Shown: in pieces, positions 29,473-39,036 of the stretch
Numbering within the stretch: the stretch's first letter is position 1
Layout: each line of letters begins with the position of its first letter
Origin: Myxococcales bacterium
GTDB lineage: Bacteria > Desulfobacterota > Binatia > HRBIN30
Length of the DNA: 64,000 nucleotides
Assembly: GCA_037445065.1 (NCBI GenBank)
Contig: JBBILD010000009.1
Coordinates: forward strand, 111,080-175,079
Direction of reading: 5' to 3'
The notes under the pieces: generated by a model
Told to the model about the DNA's origin: nothing
Seen by the model: only the letters and a program-made list of their open reading frames with translations
Database searches by the model: none
Made by a program: the position numbers and the translations under genes

Positions 29473-29583
29473 TCAGACCTTGGCCAGTGAGTCCAGCCGC
29501 ACAGTCTCGTCGCCGAGTCGCTCGGCAAGGGCAGCCTGCTCGGCAACGAGGAGCAAGGGAATGAGGGCGCAGGACAGTCGCAT
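29473..29583 (-). pseudogene. N-terminal remnant of an LLM-class oxidoreductase
   Basis: GGAGG + ATG: MRLSCALIPLLLVAEQAALAERLGDETVRLDSLAKV then stop. Confidence 0.4.
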
Positions 29584-29671
29584 CGGCGCCTCCACTGAGC
29601 CCGAGCCGCTTCCACGAGTCGAAACCTCTACCGGTGCCGGCATCCGGCCCTTCGCAACAAGGAGCGGTGTG

Positions 29672-30755
29672 ATGGGTCGCACGGTGTATACGGTGTATAT
29701 CGTCGGTGTCGGCATGACGAAGTTCGAGAAGCCCGGCTCGAAGGAATGGGACTACCCGGGCGTGGGGGCCCAAGGCCCTTACCGACGCCAGGCTCACGAT
29801 CACCGACAGCGAGCAGGCCGTCTTCGGCTACTGCTACGGCGACTCCGCCTGCGGCGAGCATCCCTTCTACGAGCTCGGCCACGCTCGCATCCCGAAATAC
29901 AAGGCGAACAACAACTGCTCGACGGGCTCGAGTGCGCTGTTCATGGCCAAGCAACTCGTCGAGGGCGGGCCCGCCGAGTGCACGATGGCGCTCGGCTTTG
30001 AGAGATGAAGAAGGGCTCGCTCGACATGGGGTACACCCACCGCACGAACCCAATGGATCAGCGTTTCAAGCCGACGTTGTAGCTGCGGGGCTTCCCAAAG
30101 GCCCCGGGCCCGCCGCCGATCTTCGGCAACGCCGGCCGCGAGCACATGCAGAAGGACGGCACCACCGCCGAGCAGTTCGCGAAGATCGGTTTGGAAGAAC
30201 CACGAGCACTCGGTGAACAACCCTTGCTCGCAGTGCCAGGGCGAACTCTCGCTCGAGGACATCCTCGCCGCACGGATGATCTCCGAGCCCCTCACCGCGC
30301 TACAGTGCTGCCCGACCTCGGACGGCGCGGGCGCCCCGATCCTCGCGAGCGAGGCTTTCTTGAAAAAACACCGCCTCCGGGGGGCTGGCGATCCAGATCG
30401 CCCGCCGGGCAATGCCTACCGACTTCGACAGCTCCTTCGACGAGAGGCGCATGATCAACGCGGTTAGCTTCGACGTCACGACGAAGGAGGTCGCGAAGGT
30501 CTACCAATGGTCGGCCTCAGCCTCGAGAAGGTGGGCATGGTCGAGCCGCAAGACTGCTACCGCGGCAACGTCGTGGTGAACCCACCGGGCAGCCTGCTCG
30601 CGAAGGGCCGCCCGCTCGGCGCCACCGGCCTCGCGCAGTGCGCCGAGCCGGTCTGGCAACTCCGCGGCGAAGCCAACTGGCGCCAGCTCAAGGGCGCTGA
30701 GGTCGCGCTTCAGAACAACCTCGGCCTCGGCGGAGCCGCCGTGCTGGGCAGCTAA
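29672..30755 (+). pseudogene. SCP-x/lipid-transfer thiolase pseudogene
   Basis: [65 protein letters not shown] spread over several frames with an internal stop and deletions. Confidence 0.88.
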
Positions 30756-31368
30756 GTCTACGGCTTCACGCACTGCCTCTAGGCGGCGAGCGCGATTTGG
30801 GGCGCCGTGCCGGAGGCGATCCGGCCGTTTCATACGGCCCGGATGTTCGTGGCCGCGGCGCCACCTCGGCTTTACAGTGCAGTTCTTCTTCCGCCACGAG
30901 CCGCCGCCGCGCGCGAACGTGTTCTACGCGGTTGTTGCTCGTAGCCTCCGCGCTCTGGGTGCCGGCCACGAAGCTACAGCAGGACGGCGGCCTACCCTTC
31001 GCGGAGGAGTCTGTGGGAGAAAAACCTAGCCTGGGTTTCCTAAGTTTGTATGGACGCATTAGGGCGAAATCTTCTCGCCCAAAAGCGATTTGCCTGTGGA
31101 CAACTGCTTGTACCAGGGTTTGGCTGCGGATACTCGGACAGGCTCGTAGGTCTGGCTCTACCTGCTCGGCGTCAGGCTCGGTTGGCTGACCCTGCTGGCT
31201 GCGGTTGCCGGCCTGGGGTCCCGTCCACCCGGCCCGCTGCGCGCGCTCGCCAGCGCCGCCGGCTTCTGCGCCCGGACCGTTCTTGTTCTAGCGACGCGAT
31301 GGTTTGGTCGCCGCTCTTCCCCGCACGCTGATTCTAGAATACGTTGTGCCGTACCCGCCCGAGGACCC

Positions 31369-31725
31369 ATGCAGACCGCTCTTTACCGGACGAAGGAGCA
31401 GTTTCAGGCGCCGCTCGCAGACCCCACGGCGGGGTCCGCCCTGATGAGCAATCTGCTGCGCTGCGCACGCGGCGGCGAAGCGGCCTACCGCTGCTATGCA
31501 ACAGCGATGCGCAAGTTGGTCGAGAGACGCGGCAGGCGCGTCACGGCACAGGGGGTGGGAGGTGGCGGCGCAGGCTTCGAGATCGTCGGCTTGGTCACGT
31601 ACCCGTCGCGCAACGCCTTCGTCGAGGTCGCCCCTAGCCCCGAGCTCGCCGCGATCGGCGTACAACGGACGCAGGACCTCGAGGGCCAGTGGCTGCTGGC
31701 GGCCACGGCCGAGCTAATCTGCTGA
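31369..31725 (+). pseudogene. Degenerate DUF1330 protein, homolog of 261-677
   Basis: MSNLLR...AAYRCYATAM...LVTYPSRNAF...LEGQWLL aligns to the first gene with deletions. Confidence 0.6.
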
Positions 31726-31728
31726 GCC

Positions 31729-32163
31729 ATGCCGCTCCTGCCCTCGAGCTGGAACGAGCCCTACCGCGGGCTCCCGATCGCCTGGCAGCTCCTGCTCCTC
31801 TTGGCCGCCGTGAACTTCGTACGCGGCGGTATCCATCTCTTCGCTGACGACGGCGGCGCGGGCCGGATCGCTGGCGTCGACCTCACGCAGGGCGGCGCCG
31901 TGATCGTGATGCTGTTCGCGGTGATCGGCATCGACCAGATCGTGTGGGGCGTTATCGACGCGGCGGTGGCCCTGCGTTGGCGCGCCTTCGTACCGCTGGT
32001 CTGGGCGATCACGTTTGGAAAGCAAGTCGCGGGCGCGCTCGTGATGTGGGTCTACAAGCCGCTGCCTGTGCCGGCGCCGGGCAAGTACGCAGCGCTGCTC
32101 ACGCTGCCGGTGGTTGCCTTTGCGCTTTGGGCCTCACTGCGGCCGCCTGCGCGGGAGCGCTGA
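31729..32163 (+). CDS. Hypothetical membrane protein, about 4 TM
   Basis: Intact 144-aa hydrophobic ORF with IHLFADDGGAGRIAG motif and high-GC codon usage. Confidence 0.7.
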   Translation: MPLLPSSWNEPYRGLPIAWQLLLLLAAVNFVRGGIHLFADDGGAGRIAGVDLTQGGAVIVMLFAVIGIDQIVWGVIDAAVALRWRAFVPLVWAITFGKQVAGALVMWVYKPLPVPAPGKYAALLTLPVVAFALWASLRPPARER

Positions 32164-32169
32164 GCCGCC

Positions 32170-32699
32170 GCAGGATCTCTTGCTCGACTCGCCAGAGGCG
32201 ATCCTCTCCCCGGTTCGAATCCTGGGGCTAAGCGGGCCAGCCGACCCCGCAGGCGCTTGGCGCCGCCCACAGGCCCAGCGCGAAGATCTGCTTGCGATTC
32301 GCCCTCGAACTCTTCACGCCAGCCCGCGCGATCGAGTGGCGAGTGCGCTTCGCGCCAATCGAGTGACCCGCGTTCCCACCGCGAGGACGACCGGCATCGT
32401 CTTGCCATGCAGGTACGACCAGGTCACCAGGTCGGCTCGCCGTGCAGGGACGGGAAGGGAAGGTTTCGCGCGAGTTTTTTTGGGCCCTCGTAGCCTGACA
32501 ATCCCTCGAGGTAGCGCGGCGCCCACGGTAGGAACGGGAGCTTCGCGAAGCGCTGCTCGACGTGCAGGGACGGGAAGGGAAGGTTTCGCGCGAGTTTTTT
32601 TGGGCCCTCGTAGCCTGACAATCCCTCGAGGTAGCGCGGCGCCCACGGTAGGAACGGGAGCTTCGCGAAGCGCTGCTCGGACGTGCGCAGCACCTTCAT
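32170..32699 (-). pseudogene. Haloalkane dehalogenase pseudogene
   Basis: ATG overlaps the MBL stop; MKVLRTSEQRFAKLPFLPWAPRYLEGL...LHGEPTW, then TWSYLHGKTMPV in another frame; downstream end approximate. Confidence 0.7.
32441..32679. repeat. Exact tandem duplication, period 120 bp
   Basis: 32441-32559 is identical to 32561-32679. Confidence 0.95.
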
Positions 32700-33763
32700 C
32701 GCTTGGACACCTCCACGGCACCCGAGCCCGCCGGAAGTGAGACCAACACGCCGTCTCGGCCTAGGGTGACGCCGCCCGCGAAGGCGCCCGAGACACCTTC
32801 CAGGAAGACGCGGTCGAGGCCGGGCAGGGGTAGCGGCGGCACCACGTGGTAGAAGAGCAGGTGCTTCGCTCCAGCCGCGCTCGCAATCTCCGCCGCCTCG
32901 ACGGGCGTGGTGTGGTAGGCAGGGATGTCGGCCGTGATCTTCGCGAGGTTCGCGCGCCCGGCTGCCGCGGCGGCGGCACTCATGCGCGCGACCAACTGCG
33001 GAGCGAGCGCCTCGTGCACGAGCAGGTCTACGCCGCGCGCCTGCGCGGCGAGGTTCTCGGACTTCGCGGTGTCACCGCTCACCAGCGCCGAGCGCCCGCC
33101 GTACTCGAAGCGGTAGCCGACGGCGGGCTTCACGGGGTCGTGGTCCACCGCGAAGGCAGTCACGCGCAGGCCGCCGGCCTCGAACACGACGGGCGCTTCG
33201 CCCCGCGCGGGCGGGGCGAAGGGCACGGCCGTCATGCCGGCGCCGCTCGGCGGTACTGTCGCCGCACCGTGGTGCGCGACGCGATAAGCCACGTCCGGCT
33301 GGTAGGCGCGCACAAAGCCCGCCACCACGTCCTCGACGCCGCTCGGCCCGTACACGGGCAGTGGCGCCGTGTGCGCGGCCCCGGTCCAGCGCAGCAGCGC
33401 CATCTCGCCGAGCCCGTCGATGTGGTCGGAGTGGAAGTGCGTCAGGAACAGTGCCTCGATGCGGCCCGGTACGAAACCGGTGCGCTGGAGGTTGCGCGCG
33501 CCGCCGGTGCCGGCGTCGACCACGACCATAGTCTGGCCGCCGATCACGGCGACGCAGGGGCCCGAGCGGACAGGATCGGGCAGCGGCCCACCCGCGCCGC
33601 AGAGCAGAACGTGCAGGCCATCGGGAAGAGCTGCGATCGGGTCCGCAGCTAAGTTGCGCGCGAGCACTCGCTCCATCACGCGCAGCGCGACGGCTCCGCG
33701 CAGCTCCCAAAGCGCTGCGGCGAAGAGCAAGGCCGCGACCAAAGCGATACGAGACTTCGACAT
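32696..33763 (-). CDS. MBL-fold hydrolase (RNase Z/AtsA-like) with N-terminal membrane anchor
   Basis: CGAGGPLPD, DAGTG, THFHSDH, SGDT, LVHEA, YHTT. Confidence 0.88.
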   Translation of the reverse strand: MSKSRIALVAALLFAAALWELRGAVALRVMERVLARNLAADPIAALPDGLHVLLCGAGGPLPDPVRSGPCVAVIGGQTMVVVDAGTGGARNLQRTGFVPGRIEALFLTHFHSDHIDGLGEMALLRWTGAAHTAPLPVYGPSGVEDVVAGFVRAYQPDVAYRVAHHGAATVPPSGAGMTAVPFAPPARGEAPVVFEAGGLRVTAFAVDHDPVKPAVGYRFEYGGRSALVSGDTAKSENLAAQARGVDLLVHEALAPQLVARMSAAAAAAGRANLAKITADIPAYHTTPVEAAEIASAAGAKHLLFYHVVPPLPLPGLDRVFLEGVSGAFAGGVTLGRDGVLVSLPAGSGAVEVSKR

Positions 33764-33829
33764 GGCGTCTCCGGCGAGGCCATGGATTCTGGCACAATCA
33801 GTCCCGGAATGCGAAGCAGCCTGCGGAGA

Positions 33830-34400
33830 CACCTCGAACCCGACCCAGACGCTCTACCACTTCCACGCCTTCGACCTCTCCTACTTCTCCGCCAAGGTGC
33901 GCCCCGCCCTTTGCTACCCGGAGCTGTCGCACGAGGAGCTGCGTCCGTACCTCGGCGGGACGAGGCGGCACATCGGCCTCACCTTCCTACCGATGCTGCT
34001 CACCCCGGGGGCGAGACCGGGCAGGACTCGAGAGAGATCCTCAACTGGCTCAAAGCGCGCAACCCCGCTGCGGCGCATCGGCGCGCTGCTGATCGAGCTC
34101 TACGCAGCCGAGTTCGGGCTCGTGCCCGCGATGCACAGGCACTGGGGCAGGCGCGCGCGAGGCGCAGAGCCTCGCGCGCTTTGTCACCATGACGGACAGC
34201 AAACGCGCCCGCCATGCCACCAAGGTAATGTTGCTGACATCGGTGATCGGTCAGCAGTTCGACCCCCCGTGCTCGCCCGCGCCGCGCAGCTGTCAGAGGA
34301 CGGTGCGCTCGACCACCTCGACGAACCGGGCACGGCGGCGCTGGGCAAGGCCGGCAGCACCTTGCGGGCGTGCATCTTGACCCAACTCGCTGCAGAGCTC
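33830..34400 (+). pseudogene. Glutathione S-transferase-like pseudogene
   Basis: DLSYFSAKVRPAL..., QDSREIL (frameshifted), LIELYAAEFG..PAMH..W; ends approximate. Confidence 0.6.
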
Positions 34401-34439
34401 GTCTACACGGCCGAGCGCGACCGCCCTGACGCGCTCTGG

Positions 34440-34640
34440 GCAGAGGCGCTCACCATGGCGCGGCGGATGAACTCGCGGATCTTCTCTAGGTCCCGCGCTC
34501 CCCGGCTTCCGGACACCGTTGTCAACGTCAACCCCTCTTGGGCGTAAGGTGTGAACCGCCTGGGTGAGGCTGTCGGGAGGCCTGCGGCCAGTCCGGTAAC
34601 GAACAGTGCCCGCATCTCCACGATCTCGCGGACGACGTGG
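34440..34640 (-). pseudogene. C-terminal remnant of phosphoribosylanthranilate isomerase (TrpF-like)
   Basis: REIVE...LAAGL / PDSLTQAVHTLRPRGVDVDNGV / RDLEKIREFIRRA across two frameshifts. Confidence 0.6.
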
Positions 34641-34740
34641 AGGGGTGGCAGCACGGCGCGCGCCATGGGCAAGTGGCCGTCCGGAAGTGGGTCGTGACGC
34701 TCGGCGCATTGGATCGGCGCATTGCATGGACACCCACCGT

Positions 34741-34980
34741 AACTGAGCTCCGCGCAGCAAGTCATTCCCGCCACCACGGCACAACGCCGCGTTCAGCGAG
34801 TGGAGGGGGCCGGTGTGGCCGCCTGTGCTGTCGGGGGCACCTCGTTCCGATCGTGCACGAGGCTACGCCGGCAACGCGCTGCCGGCGGGCACCTCGGTTC
34901 CACCACCACGCTGCTGCGACACGTGCACAGTGCCACGATCAGCACACAACGCAAAAAGCGAAGTTCACAGTGTTGACCAT
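34741..34980. repeat. Degenerate direct copy of the 28611-28880 REP/linker unit
   Basis: Shared ordered words aact..tccgcgc.gc, ccaccacg, REP (34800), gcacc.cgttcc, cgcgctg, ggca...cggttcc, gctgctgc, cacacaacg..aagcg. Confidence 0.6.
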
Positions 34981-35479
34981 GCGGATGCCACGCGGCAGCG
35001 GGCTGGTCGCACCGAGCACCGCCTCGGTTCGTGCTGCGCACCGGGTTGCAACGATTCAGGCAGGGCCCGTGCCTGCTCCGATCTCATTGCGGGCGTGTGG
35101 AGGATATCCGCTTCTTTTGTCGGCGACGGCTGAGAGCCACTCCGTGGCACGGGGAGTCGGCCCGTTCCCAGCGGCTCGACTCCTTGTCGCCGTCAGGGGG
35201 TTGGCGCAAAGACGCTGCCTGCGCGGCCAAGGCAACAAGGCGCCTGCGCTCGCGAACGCTGCCCGCTTAAAATGTCTTACGGTCTACGCGACGCGCAGGA
35301 CTCGCGGGGCTGCCAGCGATCCACTGTTCCATCGGGAGTACAACACTGGTACGTACGGACACCGGCGTTATCGGAAACGGTAGGCGGTTCGCGCCCTTAG
35401 GAAATCTCTGGCGAGGCGCTCACGCCGGCGAAGTCTCTAGCGCAAGGCGGCCGGGCGAATTGCTGGGGCGAGGCTTCGA

Positions 35480-35890
35480 TCAGACCAGAAACTTCCCGTT
35501 GCCGGAGGCTACCGGCTTATGCGGCTGTTGGTAGGCAACGACGTGAACGTTGGCGATGCGGCGGCCCAGTTTGAAGATGTCGGCGCGGGCGAAGGTGTCG
35601 CGCGGCCCGGCCGTACGCAAATAATCAATACTGAAATTGATGGGCTTCGGCAGACGACGTCCGGGAGAATTCACGCCCACTGCATCCAAGAGGCAAACGA
35701 TCGCTGTCAACTCCAGAAACGCGCCCAAAACCCCGCCGTGGATGGCCGGCAATACTGGATTTCCCACGAGTTCATGCCGGAAGGGGAGCCAGAGTTCGCG
35801 GTAACCCGCTTGGTTCGATTGCTTGACCCCGAGGAAGCGCGCGTAAGGAATGGCCTCGAGGTAGCGCTCCAAATCAAACGTCTGTTCCAC
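35480..35890 (-). CDS. PaaI family thioesterase
   Basis: IPYARFLG, LVGNPVLPAIHGG, PKPINFSIDYLR. Confidence 0.9.
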   Translation of the reverse strand: MEQTFDLERYLEAIPYARFLGVKQSNQAGYRELWLPFRHELVGNPVLPAIHGGVLGAFLELTAIVCLLDAVGVNSPGRRLPKPINFSIDYLRTAGPRDTFARADIFKLGRRIANVHVVAYQQPHKPVASGNGKFLV

Positions 35891-36380
35891 TCAAGTTGCC
35901 TCCACGGGAGGTTGGGAACGGGCTCCCAGCGCGGTTAGCGCCGAGCATGAACGTAGCCAGGCACGTGGCAAACGGGTCAGCAGAGTCCTTCTCCCAAGCA
36001 AAGGCCCGTACAAACGCCACGTTTTTTGTGCGCTTGTAGCACTCGGACCGAGCCCAGAGATCGCACCCCGGCTCCGCCGCACGCAGGTAGTCAATCCGCA
36101 GGTCAATTGTAGCGATGGCCGTGAGTTGTTCGAGGGCGCACGCAACGGCGAGGCCAGAGGTGTGGTCAATCAGCGTCGTGATGACCCCGCCAAACACCAC
36201 TCCCCGAGTCGGGTCACCGACCAGCTCTGGCCGGTAGGGTAGCATCATCACCGCGTAGCAAGGGCCGGTTTCCACCACACGGATCCCCAAGCAGGCGGCG
36301 TGCGGCGTGTACTCGATCATTTCGCGTTGGCCGGCCCCAAAGATCGCTGCTAAGGCAAATTTCGCTTTTTCTTCTGACAC
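35874..36380 (-). CDS. PaaI family thioesterase
   Basis: LVGDPTRGVVFGGVITTLID, IATIDLRIDYLR; start uncertain (GTG 36380 or ATG 36434). Confidence 0.88.
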   Translation of the reverse strand: MSEEKAKFALAAIFGAGQREMIEYTPHAACLGIRVVETGPCYAVMMLPYRPELVGDPTRGVVFGGVITTLIDHTSGLAVACALEQLTAIATIDLRIDYLRAAEPGCDLWARSECYKRTKNVAFVRAFAWEKDSADPFATCLATFMLGANRAGSPFPTSRGGNLSGTDV

Positions 36381-36581
36381 GTGCGACGGCGAAACTATGC
36401 TGTGGCAACTGGTAGCGCAAGCCGGAAAGGGCATGACTCCGGGTGTTCTCTTTCGGGTGAACAGAAATTGACAGGGCGTTAGTGTTATGGTTCAAGGCGC
36501 GGCTTGCTTCGATTACGTCATCATCCTAGGCCGCGTACAGAAGTAGCCGAATGAGGGACGCGGTCTTGCAACGAGGGCGAA

Positions 36582-36752
36582 ATGAAAAGGACCTACCAAC
36601 CGAGCAATCGCAGGCGAAAACGAACGCACGGGTTTCGTGCGAGAATGGCCACGCCGGGCGGTCGCGCCGTGTTGAAGCGGCGCCGAGCGAAAGGGCGCAA
36701 GCGGCTGACCGTGACCATTCCGCCGAAGCAACCGCGGCAGTGCCGCGGCTGA
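36582..36752 (+). CDS. rpmH: 50S ribosomal protein L34
   Basis: [42 protein letters not shown] plus extension; 56 aa, absent from the ORF track. Confidence 0.97.
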   Translation: MKRTYQPSNRRRKRTHGFRARMATPGGRAVLKRRRAKGRKRLTVTIPPKQPRQCRG

Positions 36753-37102
36753 ACAACGGCAGGCAAACCTTCGGGAAAAGCCGCCGCTTGCGCAGGCGGG
36801 AGGAATTTTTACGAGTGCAAAGCCGCGGCCGGCGGCGAGCCGCCGGGCCGTTTCTCGTAATGACCTTGGCTAGGGGTGACCGCGGTGCCACCCGTTTAGG
36901 GATCACAGCCACTCGCAAGACCGGCTCTGCGGTTGTGCGTAACCGCGCCAAGCGGCTGGTACGAGAATTCTTTCGCCGCCATTATCACGAGTTAGCCCCC
37001 GCAACCGATATCGTAGTGATTGTACGCCCTTGCGAAAAAAAACTCAGCTATGCGGAAGTCGAGCGTGAACTGTCCCGCGCCCTACTCTCTCCCAGCGCGT
37101 AA
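36740..37102 (+). CDS. rnpA: Ribonuclease P protein component
   Basis: [29 protein letters not shown] (RNR motif); start uncertain, frame open back to 36551. Confidence 0.93.
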   Translation: MPRLNNGRQTFGKSRRLRRREEFLRVQSRGRRRAAGPFLVMTLARGDRGATRLGITATRKTGSAVVRNRAKRLVREFFRRHYHELAPATDIVVIVRPCEKKLSYAEVERELSRALLSPSA

Positions 37103-37133
37103 ACCTTTCTCCGATTTCCTCCATGGAGCCGAC

Positions 37134-37364
37134 TTGGTGGTGCAGTGGCTGTTCCTGACCACTGTGCGTCTCTACCAGTTTCTGCTGTCCCCTTGGCTTG
37201 CCGCGCTCGGGGCACGCTGCCGGTTTGCTCCCACCTGCTCCGAGTACGCCCGCACCGCAATTGAGCTGCACGGCCCGTGGCGCGGCGTGTGGCTAGCGAT
37301 ACAGCGGTTGGTCCGCTGCCATCCCTTTCACCCCGGAGGCTGGGACCCTGTACCCCGGCGCTGA
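37134..37364 (+). CDS. yidD: Membrane protein insertion efficiency factor
   Basis: YQFLLSP...[11 protein letters not shown]...[14 protein letters not shown]. Confidence 0.95.
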   Translation: MVVQWLFLTTVRLYQFLLSPWLAALGARCRFAPTCSEYARTAIELHGPWRGVWLAIQRLVRCHPFHPGGWDPVPRR

Positions 37365-37378
37365 GGAAAACGTAACCG

Positions 37379-39025
37379 ATGGACCGGCGCGCTCTTCTCG
37401 CAGTCATTCTCTCGCTTTTGGTTCTGGTCGCCTACGAGCAGTTTTTACGCCACTACTATCGGCCGCCAGAAGGCCCCGAGACCGCTCCGTCCCCGCGCGC
37501 TTCCTCCGCGCTCGAGGAACATGCGGCTACGCCGGCCCAAACCGCGCGCCAGACCCCTCAAGACGCCACCACCAAGTTAGACGAGCCAGCAGAGGAACAA
37601 GCTCTCGAACGGATCGTGCGAGTGGAGACACCTCTCTACACCACGCTGTTCAGTACTCGCGGTGCGCGGTTGGTCAGCTTTCGCCTCAAAAAGTACCGGA
37701 CCACTGTGGATCCAGGCAGCCCGCCCCTTGAGCTGATCATACCGGGGGTAGAGGGAGACGCTCCTTTTTCCCTCGAGCTCCGCGGGCGTGACGGGGCCCC
37801 GCTCTGGAAAGACACGCGCGTCGCTTACGAGACCGGGGCAGGGGACGTGGTCGAACTTGCCGAGGGCACCGGCAGCCTGCGCTTTCGCACCCAGGTACGC
37901 GGTGGCACCGTCACCAAGCAATTCCTTTTCGATCCAGCAAGCTACATCATCCGCGCGGAGATCTCTCTTGAGCAGCCACCCAGTGAGGCGAGCGAGGTGG
38001 GGGTTTCCTGGTCCCGAAGTGCCGAGCCGAAGAATGCACGGGAGCACGTATTTACCAAGGCAGCGTATCTACAAGGCAAGAAACTGCTCGAGCCGCCATT
38101 TAGCGAGCTAGATAAGGGTGTGGTGGTCGAAGGCGACATTCGCTGGACGGCTTTTTCCGGTTCCTACTTCCTCGCCGCTCTTGCCCTCGAGGAGGCCGAG
38201 GCCCCGCGCTTGTGGTTGAAAAACCGCGGCCTGGTGATCGAGCAAAGCGTGCTAATTCCGGTGCGCGCCCCGGCCACCAACGTTGTTCTGACCGCATACT
38301 TGGGGCCCAAAGACATCGATGCGTTGGAGCTCGCCGGGCACGACTTTCGCCGCGCTGTAGATTTGGGCTGGTTCGGTTTTATCGCCGTACCGCTCCTCCA
38401 CGTGATGCAGTTTTCCCATCGCTTTACCGGAAATTACGGGTTCGACATTATTTTACTAACTTTGTTGGTGAAAATTCTTTTCATTCCCCTCACCAACCGT
38501 AGCTTTAAGTCTATGCGAGAGCTGCAGCGGCTCCAGCCGGAGATGCTCCGCATTCGCGAGAAGTACAAGGACGACCCGCAGCAAATGAACAAAGAAATGC
38601 TGGAGCTCTACCGGCGCCACAAAGTCAACCCGCTCGGGGGTTGCTTGCCGATGCTCTTGCAGCTTCCGGTATTCATTGGCCTCTACTCTGCCCTTACTCA
38701 CGCGGTGGAGCTGCGGCACGCGCCGTTTATCCTCTGGATCACTGACTTATCTGCACCCGATCGTTTAGGGTCCGTCGCGATCCCCTTGGTCGAGCCACCT
38801 GGTGTACCGGTGCTCACCTTGCTCATGGGTGCAAGTATGTTCCTACAAACTTGGATGTCCCCTAGCACAGGCGATCCGGCGCAACGCAACGTCATGCTGA
38901 TCATGCCAGTGATGTTCACCTTTATGTTCATCAACTTTCCCTCGGGGCTTACCCTGTACTGGCTGGTGAACAACGTGCTTACCATTGCCCAGCAGTACTA
39001 CATGACCCGCAAAACCCTGAATTAG
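37379..39025 (+). CDS. yidC: Membrane protein insertase
   Basis: N-terminal TM, periplasmic domain, DLGWF, NPLGGCLP, LRHAPF..WITDLS.PD, GLTLYW. Confidence 0.97.
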   Translation: MDRRALLAVILSLLVLVAYEQFLRHYYRPPEGPETAPSPRASSALEEHAATPAQTARQTPQDATTKLDEPAEEQALERIVRVETPLYTTLFSTRGARLVSFRLKKYRTTVDPGSPPLELIIPGVEGDAPFSLELRGRDGAPLWKDTRVAYETGAGDVVELAEGTGSLRFRTQVRGGTVTKQFLFDPASYIIRAEISLEQPPSEASEVGVSWSRSAEPKNAREHVFTKAAYLQGKKLLEPPFSELDKGVVVEGDIRWTAFSGSYFLAALALEEAEAPRLWLKNRGLVIEQSVLIPVRAPATNVVLTAYLGPKDIDALELAGHDFRRAVDLGWFGFIAVPLLHVMQFSHRFTGNYGFDIILLTLLVKILFIPLTNRSFKSMRELQRLQPEMLRIREKYKDDPQQMNKEMLELYRRHKVNPLGGCLPMLLQLPVFIGLYSALTHAVELRHAPFILWITDLSAPDRLGSVAIPLVEPPGVPVLTLLMGASMFLQTWMSPSTGDPAQRNVMLIMPVMFTFMFINFPSGLTLYWLVNNVLTIAQQYYMTRKTLN

Positions 39026-39036
39026 GGAGCTTGGCC

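Noticed and set aside
30780..31360. oriC candidate
   Set aside because: Only one near DnaA box (TGTGGACAA at about 31095) and no clear AT-rich unwinding element; looks like decayed coding DNA.
32441..32679. CRISPR array
   Set aside because: Two adjacent 120-bp copies without spacers; no cas genes.
36468..36491. sigma70 promoter for rpmH
   Set aside because: TTGACA is present but the best -10 (TATGGT) is only 12 nt away.
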